Part shown: piece by piece, positions 1 through 11,429 of the stretch
How the letters are laid out: each line of letters begins with the position of its first letter
Position numbering within the stretch: the first letter of the stretch is position 1
Assembly (NCBI GenBank): GCA_051362555.1
Contig: CM120641.1
Location: 4,774,001-4,838,000, forward strand
DNA length: 64,000 bases
Direction: 5' to 3'
Origin: Lingula anatina
Taxonomy: Eukaryota > Animalia > Brachiopoda
The notes under the pieces: generated by a model
What the model saw: the letters and a program-made list of their open reading frames with translations, nothing else
What the model was told of the DNA's origin: nothing
Databases searched by the model: none
Position numbers and translations under genes: made by a program

Positions 1-53
1 GCAAACAGTATTGATTCCATCAAAGTGATCTCTGTTTTATTCCTAACTTTCAG

Positions 54-235
54 GTTCAGTTGGTGGCACAGTCCTGATGTATATTCTGCCTTGTGTTTGT
101 CACCTCAAGCTCAGTTGGCACAGGCTGCCTGCTATCAGGATTGCCTTGGAGATCTGTATCACGGTTCTTGGCACTGCAGGGGGCAGCATGGGTCTCTATG
201 CTGTTATCAGAGATATGGTCATGACTCTGTCATAG
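54..235 (+). CDS. Terminal coding exon of an Aa_trans-family amino-acid transporter (SLC32/36/38-like); rest of gene lies upstream of the window
   Basis: Acceptor ttcag|54. Translation (G)SVGGTVLMYILPCVCHLKLSWHRLPAIRIALEICITVLGTAGGSMGLYAVIRDMVMTLS* gives two hydrophobic helices with the GS..g..l.yIlP...hL pattern of the last TMs of this family. Frame not in the ORF track. Confidence 0.75.
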
Positions 236-971
236 AAACAATACTTCAGGGTTAAACACAGAGGCCGATTCTGGGTCTTCTTGAAGACGGTCAGAATTTC
301 AAGTTTACACTGACGGGTATCTATTTTTTCTGTCAGAAGAAGGCCCAAAATGGAGGATGGATCAACAAAGATAATTTGGAAGACTGTCAGAAAATGGCTC
401 TGGATCCCCTCCTGAAATATAAAATTGGTTTGTGTCCAAATGACATTACCAGGCAACCACATAAATGTAGAAGTGATTTAGTTTGTTTTTGTTAAGGGTT
501 GCAATATGCACTTGGTGCTACATTAATGTGTTAGATATATTTTCAATAGTAAGTGGTCTTATTCAGGTAAGGTGCTCATTATCAGCATTCATATCAGTGT
601 AGTATTTATTGTTGTTCATTAACTTACAGTTAGGAAAATGGACAGTGTCTTGAAACAAATTAGTTTGACTAACACTTATTTCACATGTAACATATCAAAA
701 TGTTCCAAATGATATTATGAAGTCAGCTGTTTTATAGATTGATTGCCTCAGTTGAATTATGCCATGCATTATTTTAATATGTGAAGTAATGAAGGGTTAA
801 AATGTGAGGTTCTTAATGTTTGTTACATGTAGATGGGAATCAGGGTTAAATACAGGCATTATGTATGTAAGCCTTTGTTATGTGATATTTTATGTGTACC
901 AAATCATAATTATTTTGTGTACATGAATGTTTTATGTTGATCAGTTTTAGTAACAGCAGCATGCTACTTTT

Positions 972-973
<2 letters not shown>

Positions 974-1035
<62 letters not shown>

Positions 1036-1052
1036 TAGAGAGAGAGAGAGAG
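974..1052. repeat. Compound (GT)n(GA)n microsatellite
   Basis: Directly visible. Confidence 0.98.
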
Positions 1053-1384
1053 AATGAGAATTAGTTTAGGGTTAACAGTGTCATTTCTAAACATCGGTGA
1101 AATTAAAAGTGCAACTTTGTGGATGAAAATAGATTTATCTATCCACCATAAGCATAATTGTTAGGTTAGATACTTGATAACACTTGATAACATTTTGCTG
1201 GTTCATTATGGGCTAAAAAGGTTTCAAGAGGTCTTGCTCACCATTTATCCCTTCTCCTGTGCCCCAACAAAGTTAACAGAAATTAATGGGGGGCTGGGAG
1301 ATGTTTATTTTTTCATTGTTATGTTTTAATCTAATAATTTTGCTTCCTATTTAGTATGATGTTCAAGATGATTTGAATGTTACA

Positions 1385-1598
1385 CCCCATTTCCATAGAT
1401 TAGATCGACCTACTTTGGATCGACCTAACTCCCTGGGGGTTCGCGCTGAATAGCTGTCAGCCGGGCGGACACGAAAGTTAATTGCCCCTTACGGCTTGTA
1501 GTGGGCGGGGACGGACACTTAAAGGGGATTATCTGACGGTAGTCTGGTGAGACTCCCCGCGGTGATAGATCGATCTAAAGTTGTGGGAATAGACCCTA
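1385..1598. mobile_element. Degenerate MITE related to the AGGGT(T/C)CATTCCC TIR family
   Basis: Ends cccatttccatagattagatcga and gatcgatctaaagttgtgggaatagacccta resemble the ends of the elements at 23871-23998 and 48408-50032. Confidence 0.5.
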
Positions 1599-1802
1599 AG
1601 AGACGTTCACATGATTTGGGCCACGCTCCAAATTTGTGAATAGTCTTGTTTATGCATGTGTAAAACCATAAACATGGGTATGATTAAAAAGAAAAAAGAA
1701 CAGTGATTTGTGATCTGAACTGTAGATTCTCTGATAAGAAATTTAGATTTAAAAACGAGTTGAAATTATTTTTACCTTCATCAAGTATCATGTTGAAGAT
1801 TA

Positions 1803-2140
1803 TATTTACCTCTGCCAAGGATCATGAAAATATGAAATTTTGAGGGGACCAAGATAGAAACAATTAGATTTTGGTGGTGATGTATTAATTAATGAATGGT
1901 TGTTTATTAGTTTACTGTGTGTCTCTGTCTGTTAGCAACATAAGAGAAAAAAGTTGTTGAAAGATATTGATGAGATTTTCAGAAACTGTCAAGTGGGGAC
2001 CAAGTAACAAAAAATAAGGTTTTAGTAGTGACCCATTTATTAATTAGTTAATTGATAAAGTCTGTTTATCTGTTAGCAAAATAAGGGGTTTTGATGAAAT
2101 TTTCAGTAAAAGTCGGAAATGGACTAACGATAATATAATA
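1803..2140 (+). mobile_element. Dispersed repeat with internal ~120-130 bp tandem units (Helentron/HINE-like non-autonomous element)
   Basis: cctctgccaagga start, then repeated gaaattttcag..ggaccaag..ttagattttggtg units. Second copy at 29511-30010. Confidence 0.55.
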
Positions 2141-2611
2141 CACAAAAATATGCAATGGATATTGTGTATACACAAAAAAAATTTTAAAACAGATATTTAT
2201 TATAATCTTCATTCTTTGCTGCATAATTGGGGAAAATACCTTGAAAATAACCATTTTAAGAAAATAAAAAGGTTATGTTGATATTAAAAGGGCACCGTAT
2301 TGAAAAGACAGTTGATGCACGTGTGACTGAATTATTCTCGTGGTCGGTGAAAAATGGTGCGTCTTCCAAGCCCAAGGAACGAGAACTATTTTCGTTTGGT
2401 TTTAGCTTACCAGCATTCATTAGGAACATGGGTTTTAGAAATATTTGAAAACGTCTAAAAATTGGCATTCACCAAATTATTATTAACAGTGATTTGTGAT
2501 CAAAGTTTTCATTTTCTATAAAATATCCAACCACCATGCATGATATTGCTCTTTCCAAAATTCATTACGGTTCTTTGATTACTCCAACGGAGCCTAATGA
2601 AAATCTTTGCA

Positions 2612-3420
2612 CTAGTTAAACCGCGTCATTTTGAAGACAAAAATAACTGACAGTCCCAAAATATGTGTGGAGTGTGGTAAAACCCGTTCGGCTCCTGAGG
2701 GCCAGTCGATGGTTACTATGGTCTTTCCATCTAAAACTTTGTTGACGGTGGTCAGGAGAGGATATCTGCCCTTTTTGCAGAAATTTCCACTGAAATCGTC
2801 CAAGTCCAGTGCCCACAACATCACCCCACCGAGGCCTTTCCTCATAACATAGCTGGACTGCAAGAAAGAAAGAAGCAAGCAAAACAAAAATTGAATAGCA
2901 GCGATTGTACTATACTAGGGGAGGGGAGGGGGGTGAATCGCTAAAGCATTTTACGTCAAAATGTTTCATTGAATCACAGAGAATCACAGAGAAAGGTTTT
3001 TAAAGCAGGAGGACATTCGTCTCCCTCATTTCAGTTTGATGATTCATCGAAAGGTGCATTTGGAATCATGTGTTAGAATATGAACCAGAACAAAACAACG
3101 GAACATAAAGATAAAACTGACTTCTAGCGTGAACGAAGATTTCCATATTATAGGTTACTCCGATGATGAGACAGAGACAGCTAGGTCTTACCTTGATTCC
3201 GACGCTGCGAGGACTGTCGTAGCCGACCCACAGTGAGTCACGATATAGATATGGACCTTGTTGCACACCGTCCCACCGCCTTGTGACGCCCTTATACACC
3301 AACTCGCAGATCTTAAACGAAAGAAATTTACTTCTGAATGAAAACTTGAAAATAAACATTATGAATATTTTGTATTTGAATACATTTAAATATTTTGAAA
3401 GTAGGTGCTGAAAACATGCC

Positions 3421-3459
<39 letters not shown>

Positions 3460-5750
3460 TTTTCATATTCATTCATCAATTTAATTATCTATCGATTTAT
3501 ACATTCATTCATTCATATATTCATTCATTCATTTTAACTGTTTTTTACAACTTGCATGATGAACTTATCATCTGATCCTGTCCATTTCCTTAATTTCCGA
3601 GATTAAGTAAACAGTTTTGAATTAATTTACATCTTTTTACATCTTTTCAAGAATTTGAATCATTACTTTAATACAGCAAATCGTTTATGAAGACAATTAG
3701 TTCAGAAGCCAGCAAGGTACAGGTACCTCGAAATAAGCCAGGGCTCCCTCAGTCTTCGTGTACGCCCCTGCCTCGCCTGCGGACACAAACGGACTGCCGA
3801 TGTCTGTGCGTGTTTTATCGGCCAAAGTGAACGTTCTGCCCTCTGCAGCTACGCCCAGTAACAACTTCTCTGGCTGCGCTCCGGCTGCGATCCACCGATT
3901 CAACGCCCAGTCCTGAAATGTCACTTTACTGATCATCTGATTTAAATGATAATTTCAATGAGGTCTTGAAGAATGAGGAAAAAACTTTTACAAGACATAA
4001 ACCCTTTGGTCCTATTCGAAATATAAGAGATGGCTAAAAATAAAGATCCGAAAAGGTATCGTTTCTTGGAAGATTATTAGTAATTTCCTAAATTAGCTTA
4101 ACGCAATATGATCAAATATACTTTTGTATGATGGGAAAGAAAGTAGTGCTACTCACAACGCTAAGAGTGTTGTCAAATTTGGTATCACGTGCTGATCTTG
4201 AGAACAAAGGACTGTTTAGTCCTGTTATTTTAGTGTTATCCCAGCTGCCGTGAAAATCATAACTCATGACATTTATGAAGTCAAGTAGACTGAAAAGATG
4301 AATGAACTTGAAATTTTAATGTTTTATTACATTGCAATTATTATACAATTATGCATTCCAAAACCTTGTTTTTGCAGTTTTATTAATGCACTGCAGCCAT
4401 ATAAGTAATTACTTTGTCTATCTGCCTGATTGTCTGTCTGTCCGTCTGTCTGTCTGTCTGTCTATGCACTGATTATGCACTGAAGTATGTATACATGTTT
4501 GCAATGGAATATGTATGTAAGACAAGTACACAACAGACACAAGGACGAAACAAGAAAACTCACTCGGCGATGAGGTGGACTTCATAACTCTGAGTGATCT
4601 GTGTCTCAGACACTCCCACTGCGGCAGATAACAGCAAGGGCGGTTTGTTCTTCTCTTTATGTCTGTCAAATGTAACACGCAGCTCCTAAACCAAAGAGAA
4701 GTGAAAGAAAGGGTAGCTCAACAAAAATATGAAGTGAAGTTGGTTAAAAAAGATAATATTGATAGAGGACTGAATATTGGGAATGTTTGATGCAAAATAT
4801 GATAGCATTTCTATGATTAAAATGTCCAAACTTAGACTGGTTCACAACCACACCCAACTTATTCAATTTCTTAACAGGCAAAATCGCCTTGAAAAAGAAC
4901 CCACCTGTATAAGTAGCGTGAACTTGCTTTTGGTTTCAAGATTTGGAAATTCCCAATCAACGTCTAGCCCGTCAAATTTCCAGCGTCGTAAAAATTTAAC
5001 CACATTGATGGAGAACTTTTTCCTTGAAAATAAAGTTTCAGAAACAGCATCAAATCCCGAAGTCCCGGCTAAGGCGCCACCTACCGACAAGAGAGTCCGC
5101 ATTTCTGGATGATCTTTTTTAAGATCATTTAATTTTTCGTAATTTCCAGTCACATCCCCTTCAGTAACATCTACCTTTAAAGAAGGGACGAGGGACAAAG
5201 ATTCAACATCAATGTTTGCAAATGCATAAATGAAATGCGTACAGAGACTGGGGGCTATGTCGGTGATGGAAAATCTTGCCTCAGCTCTCGTAAGAGACCA
5301 GTTGGTCACGTAGCAAACTTTCTTAAAGCGTCTGATGTCGTTTTCAAAAACGCCTGGAATATATAACACTATTATATTTTCTTTTTTATCACAAAGTTCA
5401 CCAAAGTCTTTGTATGCTTAGACTTAAATGAGAATCATAACTATTCTATGGTACACAATTTTAGTGAATTGAGTTTTAGTGAAATTTACTAAAACAAAAC
5501 ATTTCCTTTACATTGCTTTGTTTTTATACAATTAATCGTACTCGTAACATTGTTTGGAATTCTCTTAATTGTTTGGATTCTGTTAATGTCATCAAGATAT
5601 TTTCTTTCCTCTCGCCTCAAAAGACATCAAAATTCTGCTTGGCATTTTCTTTCATTATCAGACAATATATGAAAGATACATACCTCCTGTACCGCCTGCA
5701 GATTTGCCCCCGTACAATAAGATAAGTACAGCTGCGAGGGTACCCAACAT
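2612..5750 (-). CDS. GH18 chitinase, ~440 aa, signal peptide, no chitin-binding domain, hydrophobic C-terminus
   Basis: Exons 5750-5684, 5353-4905, 4685-4564, 4289-4157, 3912-3727, 3311-3192, 2857-2612, all GT-AG and in phase. Motifs VCYVTNW, LCTHFIYAFA, LLSVGG, intact catalytic FDGLDVDWEFP, MSYDFHGSW, WVGYD, GGVMLWALDLDDF. Confidence 0.95.
3421..3462. repeat. (TTTA)n microsatellite
   Basis: Directly visible in a chitinase intron. Confidence 0.9.
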
Positions 5751-7484
5751 GGCAGTTCTTTACCTACAACATGTTATATAACTATTTCGATATACAGGAG
5801 TAAAATGTTAAGTATATTTCACTCTTTGAAAAACTCAACTGACATAAACATATTCTAAAAGTGAGCTGTCAAGTAGAATACCAACAGTGAACCCCAAAAA
5901 CCTCAATTAATTTTAGAAAGCATTTGAAAATGCGTCTAAATACATATTAAACAAGATATAATATCTTCAATTGCTTTTTAGAATTATCGAGAAATTCAAT
6001 TAACTGTGCTTGACCTTATAAAATCAAATAATTATTCAACCTTATCAAATAGAAAAAAATGATAATCACATTTGAGCTTTTCAAAACAAACTAGAGCAGA
6101 CAACATACCGGTCATGGAGTTTTCCTAAAGAATGTACTTTTCAATCTGCATACTGATTTACCCACTGTCCTCTCGTGTTAAATGTTGTCACAGGCTTTTC
6201 CATATCAACATGGCCATTCATTTTACCTTCCTAACAATACACTGGCAGATGTTACACTCTATATAAAGAATCTCATTTATATGTTTTGAATTTGAAGGAT
6301 GCGAGTTTGGCAAGCTGTGCACAGTTCAATATGATATTATTATGAACAGATGTTTGACCGGGAGAGCGTATTTCCCTCCCCCGGCCACCCCCCCCCCCCC
6401 CCCCCAGACTCATCCATTTATCTTTCTATGTGCAGAGTTAAATTGTAACGATAATAGGTTACATATTTCGTCAAAATTTTAGATGACTGTTTTAGCTAAT
6501 CTTCAAGTATATAACCAAAAATCATAGATGCACTGTTTAGGAGAGAAGTGTCAGCATAAAAGTCTAATTTCAATGGCACAGAATAATGTGAAATATGATT
6601 GAAATATGACAATCTTAATTGTGGGCGTTGAATCCATACAGGGTGCTTGTTAGTTCTGGAATGTCTAAGTAAACATGAAATATTTATCGTTATTAAAATC
6701 TATTAAAGCAAAGCTTTCTCACTTGATGGCAGATTTTCTGCGAATATTGAGCTGTTTGTTCATGCGCCACACATTCTTAAATGCGTTAGTTGTGCACAAG
6801 TGGGTGTACCTTGTATGGCGACCCGGTTTGGGTTTGTGATGTAAGTTTCAGAAATTTAAAGTTGCATCCGTGCTAACCTTTTTCATGTGACATTAAGCTG
6901 TAATTTCCATTTTTGACATGCTTGTTTTTGCTTATTTCATGACAAAGCCATTTTTCGTTTGCCTTTGTTTTACAAATTGATTGATCGTGGCTATAAAAAC
7001 ACAAGAATGACATTTACGTATTGTGAGAACTTACAGAGAAATCTCCACCCACTGGTGACATTTTCGGAAAATATTCTGAACAGAAACCACAGACCTGTGT
7101 GATGAGCATACGTCTATCGAATATCTTCTTATCTTTTAATTGATTAGATGAGATAATGAAGGGCGGAGAGAGCTTAATTGCTATCAAGTATTAATCCGCT
7201 TACACCATGGATTATGTGGTCTGTGCGAGAACCACTTGTTGGCATTATGTAATTAATTACGTTAGAAGGTGAAATCAAGCTATTGCTATCTGAAGTAGGA
7301 CCCAAGGAAACGTCAATGAAAATGTTAACCCTGTCCTATCTATTTATCTTTAATCTGTAGTTATCTATATCATGTATACGGTTGTATGGCGGATAAACTG
7401 ATAATGTATATTTGTGTGACAGCAAGGTGATTCGCAGTGGGTAACATGTGACTTTCAAAATTGCAGACTGAATCTGAAGTGACC

Positions 7485-8787
7485 ATGTCGTATCCTGGCT
7501 GTAAGTAATATTGAAAAAAATCGGATAATTTGAATTTATATTTTGGTATATATTGTGTTAAGTGGCACAGCCTCAGTATTTTTTAAAATGTTTGGTTGTA
7601 AAATCGTGTCCAGAATAATGATATTTGATAAAATACCAGTAAGTCACTGATATTGAATGTGCTTACGCTATATCACTAAATCTACAAGCCTACCTTTTCA
7701 AGGGTTTACATATTTCAGAAGCACACTTGTAATTAAAGATTTCATCCATTGAAAAGGCATATCATTTAGTCATGCTGAAGTGATGCATTAGAAATGTTTA
7801 TGAATACAAAAAATGTCTAAAGCGTAAAAATTTGGGTTACATAGAATACACCTGTAAATCACTTCTAACACATTGTTCGAACCATAATAATGGAACATGC
7901 ACACTCGTCCACACGCACTTTATGCCATTATTTCAGAACTGATCTGTACTTTTACATTATATCTCTGTGACAGATCCAGGAAACCCTTCGCTCCCAGGTT
8001 ATCCGCCGGCTGGCCCAGTGGCGCCACCTGCATATGGATACCAGCCACCGTACAACCCTTACGTACCACCTGCCGGTTATTACCCTCCGCCGCCTACTGT
8101 TCCGGTAGGTCCGGGGTTAGGTCCAGGGGTGGTGAATCCAGGAGGTCCTGCGGGTGCTCCCCCTGGGTATGGGTACCCACCCCTTCAGCCTGGACAACCT
8201 TACCCTTATCAGCAGTATCAGGAAAACAAATCCGTACGTAGGCCTTCATATCCCATGCATACATAAGAATTTAGCGCCTTTAATGAGTGATTTGTAAGAG
8301 TATTTGAATCTACCAACATTTTATCACTGAGTTCAAATTAATGGGAAAAGATCCGTGCATTATCTAATTTCAGAGCTGAGGTTTAGGGGCTCATAAAGAT
8401 TACTATTTCATCCATCACCTCTGAAAAATACAGTGGTTTTCTTCACTGTTTTTAAGTTAATTGGGAGATTTGTTTATTATATGATTTCAGTGCTGAGGTT
8501 TAGGGGTTAATAAAGATCGCATTTCATCCGTCTCCTCTAGAAATGTGTTTATTTTGCACTAAAGTACCTATGTATGACAGGAGACACCAGTCATTTTTCA
8601 TTTGACACACTTTATTAATGGCCACTTTTTATTTTATTATAACCAGCAACCACAGAGTAATGGCAGCGGCCTGGCAATGGGGGCAGCCGGGGCAGTCGCA
8701 GGGTTGGCTGCAGGTGCTTTACTTGGAGTTGTGGCAGAGAAAGAATTAGATCATCATCACCATCATCGCCATCATCACTGGTTTTGA
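7485..8787 (+). CDS. 138-aa Pro/Tyr/Gly-rich protein with glycine-zipper hydrophobic segment and poly-His C-terminus
   Basis: Exons 7485-7500 (ATGTCGTATCCTGGCT|gtaagt), 7974-8233, 8647-8787, phases consistent. MSYPGYPGNPSLPGYPPAG...QENKS-QPQSNGSGLAMGAAGAVAGLAAGALLGVVAEKELDHHHHHRHHHWF*. Confidence 0.85.
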
Positions 8788-9423
8788 AAAGTCTATATAG
8801 AAGGGACTGCTTCCTTTTAAAGTAGAATCGTTAAAAGGAAGTTAGGAGTATTGGTTATTTATTGACGTGCTTTGCATACATTTTTGTGAACAGTTTTTAC
8901 AAGCAATCTCTGCACTATTAACTTTCGAATACGAGATTCGCTGAAGAAGCTATTTGTTATTTGTTATTTCAACAGTTTAACCAGAAGACACAAGGTGCAT
9001 TAGTTTATTTGCAAACATAAGAACGACCAGAATAGCAACATATACAAAAATCATTTGGATTTATTGTCAAGTTGAAATAATAAGTCACAAGAGATGTTCA
9101 AAGTGTCGCAGAGTAAATATCCATTTCATACAAAACTACACCACATACATCTATACTAGAAACGTGTGCATAAATGTCTTTACGTTCGTCTACCTAATTT
9201 TTTCCAGATCTCTGAATAAAAGAAAATAAAGAGTAAAAAATAAAAAGTAATTATTTTTAGAATTTTAGGTCTTCGATTACTTCCTTATTATCAAAAAAAT
9301 ACATTCATTTTTCTTTGTCCGCTAGTACACTGTAGCGTTAGAACATCAATATAGGAATCCTATAATAATGATAAAAGCTATGTCATTAGTCAAAAATAAC
9401 TCTAAATATGGAAATTCCAAACG

Positions 9424-11429
9424 TTAATCTTGTAGTCCAAGTGATGCGGAATGCTGTCTGGCACGCATGCGTAAATGTTCGATGCTGTGGTTCAGTGCAA
9501 AATCCTTGGGAACGGCAGCAAAAGAAGGAACCTTCATTCCGAATGGAGCAGGTCGTGGAGCAGACGACACATCGACTGGTAATGGCTGCGGCCATGGAAG
9601 GTGCATAGCCGCAGAAAGGCGCGTTGCTTGGGCATTAAGTTGCGTAGAAAGTGGAAATGCTGATGCGTTTTGATCAAGAAATTGTCGTTTTAAATGTTCT
9701 TCCACAGAGACTATTCCTGGCATGCGATTTTCGTGAGCAGAGAATGGTGCTTTTCGGACCGGTGACTCTAAATCGTCAATTCTTCTACAGAGATGTCCAC
9801 GATGGTGTTCTGGATTGTCTATCTTGGGGTTTAACACTTGTGTTTCATTATTACCTGTTGGTTTTGAGTTTAACAGAAGGTCGATAGAATGGAAATTGAG
9901 CTTTTTGTCGTGGCTCGAACAACCGTCACCTTCTGCTGTCTCAGTTGGAATTTCCGTCTCATTTTCTTCGGGGACGCTATCGGTGGGTGCGTCTTTGAAA
10001 TCTGCGTCCTCGACATCCTTTTGAGGCGACGCCGATCCGGCTACGTCTTGGGTCTGTTCTTCGGCATCGGCGGTTTCTACGTCAATATCCTCGTTGATGT
10101 CATCGTCACTGTCTTCTGTTGGTGCAGCTGCACAATCGCCGTTTTCACTCTTAGTCTCATCGGCGCTGTCACCGTCATCTTTGCCCTTTGGGCTTGCCTT
10201 TTGCTTTTTGCGGTACTTCGCCCTCCGGTTCTTGAACCAGACCTAATAACAATAAAAATAAAGAAAATAATTCATTAAAAATAGTTGTATTTAAGACAGT
10301 GGAATCATGAATATACTCTCTCTTCTTTATATCGTAAGAAAGGGTGCCCCCTCCTTTCAGATTTTCGGACCGCCCATGAAAACATGGAAACTAAAGTTTG
10401 TGTTTTGGACCCGCACTTGTTGAGGTCCATCTTTTATTTTAAAAAGTGTTTTATTAAATGTAAGGGAAATCAATAATCAATGAACATATATTGTAGCCTA
10501 CCTGTATTCTGGACTCTGGCAAACTCGTCATCATGGCCAGACGCTCTCGCATCACCACGTCCGGATAGTGCGTCTTTGCAAAAGTTTTCTCTAAGGCGGC
10601 AAGCTGCTGATTAGTGAAAGCGGTGCGACTACGGCGTTGTTTTCTGTTGGCTCCGTACCTGGCTTCCATAATAATGTCTAAAAATGTAAAACAGAACAGT
10701 GAGGACGCGCACTTTGTATGGACAGGACTATGAAAGACACTGTTGGGTTTACAAGTAATATGACTCGTCATCTGACAAACTATTGGCGCAGCTCCAGACT
10801 TTCATTTCATTCTTATTGAAGGTCACAGGAAAGTCGTTGAGAACTTGCCATTTTGTTCATGAAATTGTCGGTCACTGAACATTTTTTACAATTTAGATTT
10901 GTCTGTTAAACAAACACCTTTTTCTCCAATCCCATTAGGAGATTCCATTAATATATCCGTTCAAAAAATCTGAGTTTTAAAGAAGGATTAATTTACAGAC
11001 ACTTGTGTAGCAGCTTTTTAGCAAAAGTGATTTTTTGTAACATATCCCTCTTCACAGTTCCGCTTCATTGCATTTCAAATTGCCAAATCTTTTGTTAAGT
11101 ATAGAGTTACAAATATACCCGAATCAATGCACAAATATCCCGCCATCTCCATTAACAGTTAGGGCAAAACAAAACTAAAACACTGGCAATATTGAGTCAA
11201 CACTGAAGTTCTTACCTGCCAAACGCTCTGCTAGGGTGAGTGTCTGCAGCGCGGGAGGAGGGAAACTTGATGGGAAAGAACTCGTAGGAAAAGTAGGCAT
11301 GGATGGCATGGAAGTTGGCGGGAAATGGGGATGATGCGGCGGCACTGCAGGCGGCATGTTGAACATAAGTTGGTTCTGGCGAAACATTAATGGCTGCGGC
11401 GGAGGCAGGGTCAAGTGGTAATTCTGCAT
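9424..11429 (-). CDS. Dmbx: Diencephalon/mesencephalon homeobox (K50 paired-like homeodomain plus OAR), ~402 aa
   Basis: Exons 11429-11216, 10677-10502, 10242-9424. LTLAERLA|DIIMEARYG motif; homeodomain [46 protein letters not shown]|[14 protein letters not shown]; C-terminal [15 protein letters not shown]. Confidence 0.95.

Noticed and set aside
25-255. 76-aa ORF-track protein
   Set aside because: Wrong frame; the real exon (54-235) reads in another frame as transporter helices
9408-10278. + strand ORFs over Dmbx exon 3, including a hydrophobic 129-aa one
   Set aside because: Antisense shadows of an acidic coding region
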